Source: Flectonema sp. DT1601 (taxonomy: Eukaryota). Taken from it: DNA of 64,000 bases. This document shows positions 35,878 through 46,934 of the stretch, one piece after another. A program made the position numbers and the translations under genes. A model generated the notes under the pieces. That model was not told the origin of the DNA, did no database searches, and worked only from the letters and a program-made list of their open reading frames with translations. Numbering within the stretch: the stretch's first letter is position 1; every line of letters begins with the position of its first letter. The DNA is taken from the NCBI GenBank assembly GCA_964019425.1, contig OZ025791.1, forward strand, positions 1,364,001 to 1,428,000, written 5' to 3'.

Positions 35878-36767
35878 CCCAAGCCACGAACCTAATTGTT
35901 ACTTAAATAGGTTAAGCTGAGCATTTCCAACATTTACTGTATCCTTGACAGATGTTAACATCAATATTTTTTCTTTTATAATGTTATGGTACAATAATGT
36001 TGTAATTTACTAAAATTTAAAAATTATTCCCCCACTTCGGGTTTAGAATTGTCTTTTTTTTTCTCTCCTTTTAACGTTATTTAAGTGTAAGCCGTAACGG
36101 ACTACAAGGCATGGGAGTACGTTGTCCACGTTTTACCGGATTCGAAAACGTCTTCTGGTCAATAAGAAAGAAAAAAAAAATATTATTATTTCATCTTTTT
36201 ATGTTTTCTTTCGTGCTTTTTCTTTGATTCCAAGTATATCTTTTTTTTTTTTTTTTTTCCAGTCGAAGTACTTGATATTATTTTTTTTGTGTTCATTCCT
36301 AAAATTGTTCTTGTTTTTACGTTGTCCAAGTTTCACCCTCCTCGGTTTTCATTTTTTTTTTTTTTTCATTTTTAAGTGCTCAAAAACAGTTAGGGTCCCT
36401 GGTTTTCGTTGCCATAGACAAAAACCATTGTGGTGTTTAATATTACTTTTCTTACCGTAGTTTTTATGTAGGAAGGATTTACGAAGATTTGTTTTGTTAT
36501 GTAGGCAAGTAATCAGTGTGAAAATAGATTCCTTTTTAAAAAGGAGGTTGGCAGACTTGCGTTGCCTAAACCTTCTGTGCATGATTCACACTGTTAGCAA
36601 GTTGAAATAGCGATTATGTGATGTCACGCTGGATGGAAGATTCTTACTTTTGAGCATCACTTGGTAGAGTAATCTGATGAAGAGGTTTATATATTTTTTG
36701 TAATCCGTTCTATCTTCAGTGTTTATGGGCAGCGTTAATTCATTTCATCTTATTGTATTCAACGGTG

Positions 36768-36799
<32 letters not shown>

Positions 36800-37062
36800 C
36801 ATAACACAAACAAAAAAAATCTCTACGTAATTTAACTACCTATGTTTTTTAAGATCCTGTTTCTGTTCCTTTTTCTTTTTCTTTTTCCCGTATCTTTTTA
36901 CGGTTTTTTTTTTTGTGTGTTACAACGCAAACAAGAATTTCCTTCGTTAGCATTCAACAATGCTGTTTGAGAGTTAGCAAAAGTTTGTTTCGCGTACAAG
37001 AAAAATATTCAAACAGAGCTCGTCATTTTATCAAGAAAAAAAGATCCTTCCGTTTGCGCAAA

Positions 37063-37333
37063 TGCTGTAAAAGAAATTCTTCTTGTGAGGGAATAATCCA
37101 CGATTTTCTCACCCCCCTCCAATTTTCACGAGGAATTTTTTCCTCACGAGAATAATTCCTGATTTTTGAGGAAAATATTTTTTCCTTTTCTGGGAATTTC
37201 CTTTTGTTAATAAAGCAATCTTGTGAGGAAAAAAATCCACGATCTTTTTTTTTTCCTTTTTTTTTTTCTCTCTTCCAGCTCAAAGAATTCATGAGAATAT
37301 TTCCTCACGAGAATTATTCTGTTTTTTACGGTG
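37063..37333. mobile_element. Degenerate MITE-like remnant with subterminal (TT)CCTCACGAGAA repeats
   Basis: Right end CCTCACGAGAATTATTCTGTTTTTTACGGTG (reverse: CACCGTAAAAAACAG). Degenerate left end CTGTAAAAGAAATTCTTCTTGTGAGG. A related motif CCTCACGAGAATAATTCCTG occurs near 3837. Confidence 0.5.
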
Positions 37334-39089
37334 ATGGCCTACGAGTAGTATACGTTTAACGACAAGCTTTCTCTTTTCTTTTTTTTCTTCCAAAGCTGCT
37401 ACTACAAACTAACAATTGCAACACTATCATTCAGTATTGCTCGATAACGAGGGCCTTTTTTTTTTTTTTCTTCTTTTTCTCTTCCTTTAATCCTTTTTTC
37501 TCTGCGCCAAACTAACCCCCAGGTATACTTTTTTTTTTTCAGTTCTCGGTCTCCTGAACTGCTAGGTACAAAATAATTTTTTAAATGACCCGATTTTTTT
37601 CTTTTTGATTACACCTAGCAACTTTCTGTATGAAGTACATTGGATAAACTGAACTGGCATTCTCAATGATTCTCTTGTTTTTTTTTAGCGAGTGAAGCTA
37701 GCGTGTTCCTGATTGGAATTACTGCGAGATCTTTACTTCGAATTCATGGAGAAAGAGGAGCCTTGAAAATAGATAAATTATTATTATTTTTTTTTTTTTT
37801 TTTACACCATCCCTTTTTTTTACAATTTTTAACATTTTTTTTACATAAAACTTAAGTTAAGTAGACAATCAAATAAGTCTTTTTTTTAAATTTCTTTTTT
37901 TTTTTTTTTCCCCTGTCACAGTTTCTGTTCATCTCGGCGATGGGTATCTGTGTGTTGTTTTACTTTTTTTTAAAAATTATTTTTTAATATGTACCTGAGA
38001 ACCTATTCTTGTGGTTGATAGTACTGTTGTGTAGGCTTACAGTGAGATGGTACAGGCATCCCACGGATTTTTATTGGTATCACGTACAGCATCTGTTTTA
38101 GGTTGATTACTTTCAACTTCCTGAGTTTGACCTTTCTCCAAACTTCCATAAATAAATAAATAAGTCAGCCGATTATCTTCCGCCTGTTTTTTCTTTTGTT
38201 TTAACTTCGTCTAACCCTGTTGTTAGTTCTGTGTGTTTTTATTAGTCAGCTGCAAGGATTCGTTTAAATAAATGAAACGCTGCTGGGGTCTTATTTGGGG
38301 TTCCAGGTGCGAGTTCAAGAAACCTGTTGGGCACTCACTGTTCACCTGATTTCGATTGGCTTCGTCACTCTTCATAAGTTGGATTAAGTTACTTAGTCGC
38401 ATCCAAACAAAACCTGAGAATGAACAAATCAATAATTTTAAAAAAAAAATGTTGTTGTAGTAGTTTCGTTTGTTACTTTGTCTGCAAGTTATGATTGTGT
38501 CATAGGAGTTTTCACCGAAATCTCAGTTTACCGAAAAAGAATAATGGTTTTTTTTTTTTTTTTGTTTTTTTTTTCTCCTTGAAACCTACAATAAAAAAAA
38601 CCTTCCCTGGGGAGTTACGTTATTTACCGCAGTTAAGCCTGCGTCACTTCACAGATGTGAGGTACTGAAGGTTCCTGGTTCTTGAAGAAAAAAAAAAAAA
38701 GAAAGAAAGGGAAACCTGCACGTTACTTTATTATGGCTTGTTCACTTATTCTTTATCTTTTTTCTCCCTTGCTTAAAAATGCAGCCCTCATTTTTTTATT
38801 TTTTCAGCTCACCTCAGCCAGTGATATTTTCGCGTTATATTTTTTTCACAGATGTTTGTGGAGTTTCTTAGGTTGAGCACAGCATAAGAATTAAGAAAAG
38901 AAAGCCTCCTATTTTGAATCGCAAAAAAATTCATCATTTTGTTTCCTTTTTCCTTTTCCTTTTCCTGTTCCTTTTCCTTTTTTTTTTTGTTGTTCTTCGC
39001 ATGACGATTTTGCTGAAAGTGATTGCACGAAGAAACTTAGTAAATCATCTTAACGGAAAAAAGAGAAAAAAAAAGAAAAAAAAAAAAAA

Positions 39090-39121
<32 letters not shown>

Positions 39122-40558
39122 GAGTAAAATTATCTGGCTTACCCCCCACCTGTGAATCCAACAGAAAAGGTAATAAAAAAATAATATGAAAATATAACTT
39201 CCCAAAATAGGAGAAGTGCAATGATATCATGTTTCATAATCAAGTGAAACCATTCGATTGTTTATTTTCTGCTGTGATGACCGAAAAAAATGAGCGAATG
39301 TTCAAACAGGCATCATACCAGGTAATGAGAAAAGATAACTTTTTTTTTTTTTTTTTTTTTTTTTTGGTTATTTATCATTAATAAGTCATAATGATGTGTA
39401 GCTTGAATACTCAATGAACCTCCAGTGAGACTTCCTGGAGTGTTGTTGACGTCAGCTCGATTAGTGTCTTAGATAGAGAGAATTCTCTCTTCACAATTGA
39501 CTTACGGATTTATGCATAACAAAATAACGATTGCTGAGGGAAGACTTGTACCTCGTGGTATCTTCCCTTGGCGTCAGTTTCTTTGTAGCTCACAACCATC
39601 AATTAGTTATGAGGGGACAGTCACTTTGATCTGTAGGTATCTGGTAGCCCCCTCCCTAGGTCTCGATTTAACTACGTCTCGCAACTCAAAAAAAAATCAA
39701 TTTCCAATGTTTTTCTTAACAGATGTTCATTTTTGCCTTAAGATCAAATCCAGGGGATGCATGCTAAGCGAGACACATAGAAGTCGATATTTAAGTATAA
39801 CACGCTTGAGAAGTGGAGAAGTGGTCAGATTAAGGTCTGGGCTACAAGATGCCTGCAGGCCAAAGTGGTAACCTGCTTTATGCGCGGCCTTTTCCCCCTC
39901 CTGTTCTTCTTTTCCCCTTCTTTTTTTTCTTTTTTGATACAGCTCAGTGTGATCATGATGATGATGTCATTTTTTAATTCACAAAACAAAATACTGAATG
40001 GAATTGACATTCTGCTTTTCTTTTTTCAGATGTTTTGTTTGAAAAAGTGAGTTAGATCGAAGACTCCTTCGCACTGTGAATTTATCACGGCTGTGTCAAT
40101 GAATCAAGTTATCTTTGATACAATACAGTTGCTTATCATAAAATTCGAAAATGCGACAACACTTTCGGTTTTTGCTTTATTCCTGAAAGTGTACTCTTTT
40201 TTTTTTTTTTTTTTTCTTTTTTCCCCCAGTTCAAGAAAAAAAAAAAAAAAAAAAAAAAAACACCTTTTCCCTCGTCAGATAGCTTTTTTTTTTTCTTTTG
40301 TTGTTTTTCCGTTAAGACCCAAGCAATTATTATTAGCGCTCAAGTTGCCCTGTTTCTTTAGCAGTTTTTTTTTTTATTCCTTTCGCAAATTATTTCTTTT
40401 AATTGCGAACCAACATTAAATTTGTTTTTTGAACAAGAAAGGAAATTATTTAAATCATTCCTCCTTTTTGACAGAACATTGTTATTAACAAGACTGATAC
40501 ACGCAGGCAACCACCCATAGTAACAAACAAAATAAAATATTAATCTCTCCTCAGAAAG

Positions 40559-42004
40559 ATGACAGAATTTCAAGAAATGTTGAACCAGAGCAGTCCTCGA
40601 ATTGGGACGGGTCACTACTACATTGAACAGAAGACATGCTTTGGTTGTACTTGTTTGGGAAATGACTTCGGGTGTTTAGGTCCACAAATAGTTAAAGACA
40701 GAACTGTCGATGGTGACATACTACTCGAGGCTGGAGGTACCAGTGATACAATAATGAATCACCTGTTTGGAGTTTGTTGTTGGCAACATACCATCAGAGA
40801 AGGTGGTTTCTTCCTCGGACTGACCGGCTTCGGAAATGTCAATCATATGAACTCATACACAGATAGTCCGAATTGGATTGGAATTTCAAATTATTTTCCA
40901 ATTCTTCAAATGACCCGTTACAGTTTATACATAACTCTTATGGTAGTGTTGATGGCATTCGTTTTCTTTATTTCATTTGTGAACGTCGGAATAGCAATTT
41001 TAATATCAAGTATCTTAGGAGGTGTATTCTTTATAATGTACCTCGTGAGGAATGCGCCAACATGTTTTGGTCCTGGATGGCCGCAGGCTTGGTTTTGGAT
41101 ATGTTGTTGTTTTGGTGATGGGAATCGATTCTATTATCACTTTACTCCTCAACATCGATTGTATTCTGTTATTACTAGTGAAGGTAATGAGGATATTGGA
41201 ATAGTTACAAAGGAGAAATATCATTCTAAAAAAATAATGTGTTGTGATCCTAAGTGTTCCTGTCTTATCTGTCCAGGTTGTTTTACTTCAAGTAAATCAA
41301 CTACAAATGTGACATCATCTTCAGACACTGGATCAAGAGTATTGGGTGATATCACTGCTGTTAGAATTAACTCTGGTTGCTGTACCACGGGACTCACAGA
41401 GTACTCTGGATTGGTTAGAGCTCGTGAGCCTCTTACTAAAGAAGAATTAATTAAATGGCTACTTTTGTATAACATTTCACACCACTCGATGCCGTTGAGA
41501 TTAAAATACCCAAATACCTGTACTGGTGAGGAAGCTATTAGGGTTTCATTGAATAATTGGTCTGCTCCAGAATTTGCAGAGAAGCTGAGCGATGCGACTA
41601 TTGGAAGACAGGTCCAAATGTTTGATTCATTTCTTGAGAAGAGAAATAGAAAAGTACAACCCGGATATGGCAACTCAGATATGAAATCTATGAAACCATT
41701 CCCCGACTCATCACATCACTTTATATCAATGCAACCAATAGAATCAGATCTTTATTCACCATTAGAATATAATAAAACTAACTTATTGCGAAGTGACGTG
41801 AGTACGATGGGATCCTCATCCCCAGCCGAACGAGGACCTCAGAATTTCAAAAGGCATTACCGTGTTCACAGCCGCGAAAGGAAGTCGAAGAAAGAGAAGA
41901 AGGAGAGGAGGGGAAAACTACGATCTGAGAAAGAAAAAAAAGCGAAAAAAGAAAAGAAAGAGAAGCGTCACCACCGCGAGAACTCCATTTGGAAGAGCCG
42001 CTAA
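40559..42004 (+). CDS. Cys-rich membrane protein with basic low-complexity tail (function unknown; weakly scramblase-like)
   Basis: 481-aa ORF, two long hydrophobic helices, several CC/CxC clusters, K/E/R-rich C-terminus. Confidence 0.75.
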   Translation: MTEFQEMLNQSSPRIGTGHYYIEQKTCFGCTCLGNDFGCLGPQIVKDRTVDGDILLEAGGTSDTIMNHLFGVCCWQHTIREGGFFLGLTGFGNVNHMNSYTDSPNWIGISNYFPILQMTRYSLYITLMVVLMAFVFFISFVNVGIAILISSILGGVFFIMYLVRNAPTCFGPGWPQAWFWICCCFGDGNRFYYHFTPQHRLYSVITSEGNEDIGIVTKEKYHSKKIMCCDPKCSCLICPGCFTSSKSTTNVTSSSDTGSRVLGDITAVRINSGCCTTGLTEYSGLVRAREPLTKEELIKWLLLYNISHHSMPLRLKYPNTCTGEEAIRVSLNNWSAPEFAEKLSDATIGRQVQMFDSFLEKRNRKVQPGYGNSDMKSMKPFPDSSHHFISMQPIESDLYSPLEYNKTNLLRSDVSTMGSSSPAERGPQNFKRHYRVHSRERKSKKEKKERRGKLRSEKEKKAKKEKKEKRHHRENSIWKSR

Positions 42005-42247
42005 GGATTGACGCGACTACCTGGCAGTTTTAGGACCTCACTTACTGTGCTGAGGTGTCTTCTTAATGACCTATTTACTGCAGCACATTTCTGACAATCA
42101 ATTTCCCCCCCTTCATTTTTTAAGGGAAAACCTACAGATCCACCCCCAGGTTTGGAGAAACGTATACTACGGTCACGGCCTTGTGTAGCTTTTTTGACAT
42201 TTTTTCCAAATCGACAGCCCTCTATTCTGGGCGAGAAAATTTTCAAA

Positions 42248-42320
42248 TCCGTGATAGCGCAGTGGTGTTGGTGCCGGACTGAAGCCCTGAAGGTAGGAGG
42301 TTCGATTCCCTCGGGGGGAT
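42248..42320 (+). tRNA. tRNA-Phe(GAA)-derived pseudo-tRNA / Pol III unit inside the element
   Basis: TCCGTGA-TAGCGCAGTGG (A box)..CCGGA-CTGAAGC-CCTGA-AGGTA-GGAGG-TTCGATT-CCCTC (B box), then oligo-T. Acceptor and other stems are partly mispaired. Confidence 0.75.
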
Positions 42321-42588
42321 TTTTTTTTTTTCCGAAATTTTTTTTCTGGGCATCTGTTCATCGCTGTTACTCATTTTTTTTTAAGGCTTGTTAACTTTTA
42401 AATACTACCAACGTGGTGCAGCGTAGCAACGCAATGCCCTCGAGGTTTGTTATTAGCCACAAATCATCGTTAGGGTTAAGCGTAATTAAGGTAAAGAGTA
42501 TGCTGGGGACAGGTGAGTGATGACTGCAACCGACAACATGCAAGTCAGTGATCCAATTTTTTCGTTCAGCTTTTGGGGCCTGCAAACC

Positions 42589-42704
42589 CAGCCAAGCGTT
42601 CATAGGACGTTGCTTTTGATCCTTCAATGTCGGCTCTTCCTAACCTAGCAGAATTGTCACCCACTAACAGGACCGTCGTGAGACAGGTTTTACCCTTACT
42701 GATG
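42589..42704 (+). pseudogene. Internally deleted fragment of LSU (28S-type) rRNA, peptidyl-transferase region
   Basis: CAGCCAAGCGTTCATAG-GACGTTGCTTTTGATCCTTCAATGTCGGCTCTTCCTA..GCAGAATT..CACCCACTAACAGG..ACCGTCGTGAGACAGGTTTTACCCTTACTGATG is colinear with the conserved eukaryotic LSU block. Confidence 0.88.
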
Positions 42705-43392
42705 GTAAGTCAATTTTTTTCAAAGAATTGTTGATTTTAAGCAAGTTATTTGTAGGTGAAACCTACACTCTGCCGTATTACATTATACCCCGGTTTTGGT
42801 TTCCCAGGGCTCAGTCCCGTTTCTAGTCCCGGTATCTACGGTTCTCCGATCGGAGCCGTGATGCTACGCAACACATCTGCAGTGACTGTGCTTGACTATG
42901 TTAGCCTTTGAAGTAAGTCAGTCAATTATGGAGACTGGATCACTTAGTCACCAGTGGTGGTTACTTTTTGATGGGGTTGCGTCCAAAACGATGGATTACT
43001 CTCTTATGTTAAAGTTTCCTTAAAGCTTCCTTAAGTTAAGTTTAACTTAACTTAAGGAAGAATTGCGCGATGACAGAAGGCTTCCAAGAGAGGTCCTAAG
43101 TCGAGTGGAAGTTTACACTATTGACCTTGAAGAACGACCCGCATGTGAATTTGATGCAGGGTCTTTGTAAGGTTCTGGTGTGAGACTGACTCTGTGCAGA
43201 CTTTCAAACGATGTTGCCAGGTTATGAGTCAGCAACCTGCACTAAGCAATGTCTCAGAGTACGACGAGTGTCCGAACGTGATAGAACGAATTAGCAGTAC
43301 GGATACGTCACGCACGACGTCAGCGGCGGCGTTCCCGACCGAACGGCCAGTGCAGACACTGGGGAAAAAAAAAAAAAAAAAAAAAAAAAAAA

Positions 43393-43463
43393 GACCCGAC
43401 AGGGGTTCGAACCGCAGCCTAGCGAATGCAAGTCTGCAATCATACCACTCGACAAATTGCGTC
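43393..43463 (-). tRNA. Degenerate tRNA-like Pol III unit (TGC at anticodon position, Ala-like) inside the element
   Basis: Reverse strand GACGCAATTTGTCGAGTGGTATGATTGCAGACTTGCATTCGCTAGGCTGCGGTTCGAACCCCTGTCGGGTC, followed by a long T run. A-box-like GTCGAGTGG and B box GGTTCGAACCC; stems imperfect. Confidence 0.65.
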
Positions 43464-44995
43464 GTCTTCGATTTTGCGGATTTAAACACATATCCAGGGG
43501 TCAAAAAAGTTACACAAGGCCGTGACCGTAGTGTACGTTTCCCCAAACCTGGGGGTGGATCTGTAGGTTTTCCCATTTTTTAATTTAGTATTTTAGTATT
43601 AGCTAGTTCAGTTCTCTCTCAAAGTATTTTTTCAAGAGCAAACAACAATCGCTGTTAGCCAAAAAACGTTCCTTGATTCTTTTTTTCTTTTTGCATAGAC
43701 AAAATCGAAAAAAAAAACTATTTAGATTAAAAGAGCCGTTTTATTTGTTATGTGTGTGTTCAGTATTCCTGCTTGCGATCACAACAAAATATAAGGCTTC
43801 ATCTGAATAGTTTTTTTTAAATTTCTTTTTTTATTGTTATGAAGCTATTGAGGGATTTCCAAGAGAAAGTTGAGAAAGGTTCGTTCCCTTTCAGACGATG
43901 TTTTTCTTCTTCCTTGAAATAGACTTCAATAAATCCGATTTATCAAAAAGAAATAGAGGGACGAGTAGTATAAGATTAAGACTCCTGAACCTACGTATTC
44001 CACAGTGTTTTATGGAACAGCGGAACAATTGTGTTTTCATAACTTTTTTTTAAATATTTTGTTTGATTTGGTGCACATTTCTTTCTATAAACTCATATTC
44101 TTATCTATCTTGTCTACAATAGTTCTAAAAATGGTAATTTTTAATTTCCAACAAAAAAATCCAATTCATTTTTTCATTTTTTTTCTTCTGAAAAAATGTT
44201 TTCTTTCGTTTCATTTCTTTGAGACACAACAACAATCCAAACAAGACAAGAATTAGGTCTACTTATGTTACTGGCTCTGTGGAGTTCGTTCGATGCTTCT
44301 TTTCCTCTCTATTCTGTTCTGTTGGTATTCTTTTTTCGTGATCAACAAGTTAATTGTTAGAGAAAAATATATATTTTTTAATACCATCACTTACAAACCT
44401 ATTGAGTAACTGTGCTATTCTTTTATTAGGATGTACTGGTTGCGAACAATCACTCTCTCGTGATGGGATTCTCTTCAAAACGTGATTCTTGACATCCTTT
44501 TCAGTAAAGGGATTGGTTGATATTTTATTCTTTGAAGTGACTGCCGTCTTGAGAGTTTAGTTTCTTATTTCTGTTATTTGTCTTTAATTTTTATTGTACT
44601 TGCTGAAGTTAACCGAAACTTTTCGACAGCAGTTTTTGTTACCAACAAAGTTAGTCCACAGCGGAACATGTCTCTCGCACATATTTATGGTGTATTCCCA
44701 TCACCTAAAATGAGTTTTTTTTTATTTTTTTTAAATTTTGTGTCGTCGATTATTCTTCGCACAATCGTTTCTGTACAGCTATTGTTGAGGTGTGATGAGG
44801 AAATTAATATTCACCTTCTACCCATCTCCTACAGTTGTATTGTTGTAGTACTTCAGTACTTCAGTACTTCAGTACTATACTTTAGATATCGCAGTTGAGG
44901 TAATCTCTTGTTGTGATCATTTATTTAAAGTTTCTGTGATGATGGAAGACAAAAAATAGTTTAATTCCATTCAACAGGAAAGAAGAGAGAGGAAG

Positions 44996-46618
44996 ATGCC
45001 ACGGCCACGAGCGAGCCGTGGGATGATTATTTTATGTTCTCTGGTTCTGTTGTTTGGGTCAGCACAGTTTATGATCATGAGACCACTACTGGCTGGGAGA
45101 AAAGGAAAAGAGAGATCGAAACCCCCAGCAGAGGAATCTGTTGAACAAGAATCAGAACCAGAACCAGAAATAGAAGATGTTGTGAAATCGAATTCACAAC
45201 AACACCGACAGGTGCACTTTAAAGAAATAGAATTTTCAAAACTGAAGTCAGGTGACTTCATTGCACTACAAGCAGCTGACGGCCGGTGGATCGCAAGACC
45301 TCCATCTTCGCATCATAAAACTGCTACTGCAGCTGAAAAGACCTGGAAGCTTGTCGTCAAAGACGAATCTCATTCTTTCAAGTCTGTCATTGGAACCTAT
45401 TTAGGACTCAACAGGGAGTCTGCTATAGTTGCTCAAGCGAGAGGAACCTCTTCAGAGGAGAGATGGAAAATCCATTCTGGTAGCGGCAGCACAATCTACA
45501 TCGAAGGTCTTGGTAGAGATGGTAAAAATAAATTTATTGGAACTGTCAACGCCACTGACAAAGATCTCAGCTGTAGGTACACTGAAAAGACATCCGAAAC
45601 TAAAATAAAAATTTTCAAAGTTACGAATTCCAACATCTGGGAAGACTACCTATCTGATAAAAACAAACACTACAACAAAGAGGAAAAGGAACAATTATAC
45701 TCCTCCTACTTGAAAGAATTCTTACCTATCTTTGGTTCTCCAAAACCCCTCAACAAGTCGGGTGATTTATACGAAGAAGCACTTTTAATATTTCAGAGGA
45801 CTTTGAAGGGGTGGCAGAAACTCCCCAAACCAATCCAACCATTACTTTTAATGGAACCAACTGATGATATTGGTATCAGACAAGTTACCGAACTCGGGGG
45901 GGGTTCCGTTTTGTCAGCAACAAAATTCGAACATCACGAAGAGTATAAGAAACAACCGACATACAGAGGATTGTTTTCAGCTGCATTTTCATTCGCAAAA
46001 AGTCACACGAAATCCGACTGCGAGATGGCGGTTTACAGCAACGGAGACATTCTGTACAGTACTTCACTAAGAGATACTTTAGGTAGCGCATTAAGCTATG
46101 CTGGTGAAGTTGAGAACAGTAATCGAGTACTTGTAATAGGAACGAGAATCAACACGGATATGCCAGATGATCTCGATCTTGATGTCGATAGTCAAGATTA
46201 CGATGCAGTTCTTAAAAAACTCGCTAAAACTGGTCGTCGTTATCAAAGTAATGCAGAGGACTACTTTGCAGTCTCACGGAGTCTTTTTGATTGGGATGCA
46301 ATGCCTGACTTTATTGTCGGTGGTGTTGCTTTTGATAACTGGCTCGTGGCGAAGGCTAATCGAGGATCAAAATCCAATAGAAAGTCGGTACCGACAGTTG
46401 TAGTTGACGCAAGTGATACAGTTACCGCCATTCATCAAAATCATGGAAAAGGTAGGAAGGATTCTCATCTACAAGGTAAGTCGACTTACAATAGAAAACT
46501 AGCAGTAAAAGAAGGCTCTTGGAGCAAAGGGAGAGTCGTCGATGCCAAATACTGCGCTCTAAACACTCCGTGGAAGGAGATCGTTGTGTTTGAAAGACGA
46601 AGAATGTTATTCAAATAA
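44996..46618 (+). CDS. Type II membrane protein: fascin-like beta-trefoil plus putative GT-A glycosyltransferase domain
   Basis: N-terminal signal anchor. FIALQAADGRWI / SFKSVIGTYLG / SEERWKI trefoil-like motifs. YSNGDILY (DxD-like), EDYFAVSR, PDFIVGGVAFDNWLV, VDASDTVTAIHQNH. Confidence 0.75.
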   Translation: MPRPRASRGMIILCSLVLLFGSAQFMIMRPLLAGRKGKERSKPPAEESVEQESEPEPEIEDVVKSNSQQHRQVHFKEIEFSKLKSGDFIALQAADGRWIARPPSSHHKTATAAEKTWKLVVKDESHSFKSVIGTYLGLNRESAIVAQARGTSSEERWKIHSGSGSTIYIEGLGRDGKNKFIGTVNATDKDLSCRYTEKTSETKIKIFKVTNSNIWEDYLSDKNKHYNKEEKEQLYSSYLKEFLPIFGSPKPLNKSGDLYEEALLIFQRTLKGWQKLPKPIQPLLLMEPTDDIGIRQVTELGGGSVLSATKFEHHEEYKKQPTYRGLFSAAFSFAKSHTKSDCEMAVYSNGDILYSTSLRDTLGSALSYAGEVENSNRVLVIGTRINTDMPDDLDLDVDSQDYDAVLKKLAKTGRRYQSNAEDYFAVSRSLFDWDAMPDFIVGGVAFDNWLVAKANRGSKSNRKSVPTVVVDASDTVTAIHQNHGKGRKDSHLQGKSTYNRKLAVKEGSWSKGRVVDAKYCALNTPWKEIVVFERRRMLFK

Positions 46619-46934
46619 CCAGCCTCACTAATAGTTAATGAGACTCCAGACAAACTATTATGTGATTTACTGTGATGATATGAAGACGAGGAGTAGACAA
46701 AACTCTCTACGCTCTAAATGACTAAAGATTATTGTAATTAAAATAACATACTTCACACCCACCAGTAAGTTTCAATATAAATATGCAGACAGAGGTTCGT
46801 ATTATGTTTTTGAGATTCTGATGATCGTAAAATATAAAAAAACATCTCCTTTCAGGTCACCTAAGCCTCGTGCTTCAATAAGTTCCCATCCCCCCCCACA
46901 TATGTACTGAGGGTGACAATAGTTTTATTTTATA

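Larger units (their letters stand above)
42124..43574. mobile_element. Non-autonomous Mutator/MULE-like DNA transposon (Pack-MULE-like)
   Basis: 75-bp TIRs (42124-42198, 43500-43574) start GGGAAAACCTACAGATCC and differ at 3 positions. Perfect 9-bp TSD ATTTTTTAA at 42115-42123 and 43575-43583. No transposase ORF. Confidence 0.92.

Noticed and set aside
36100..40420. Many 60-125 aa Phe/Lys-rich ORFs here and in other intergenic regions
   Set aside because: Products of poly-T/poly-A tracts, often with non-ATG starts.
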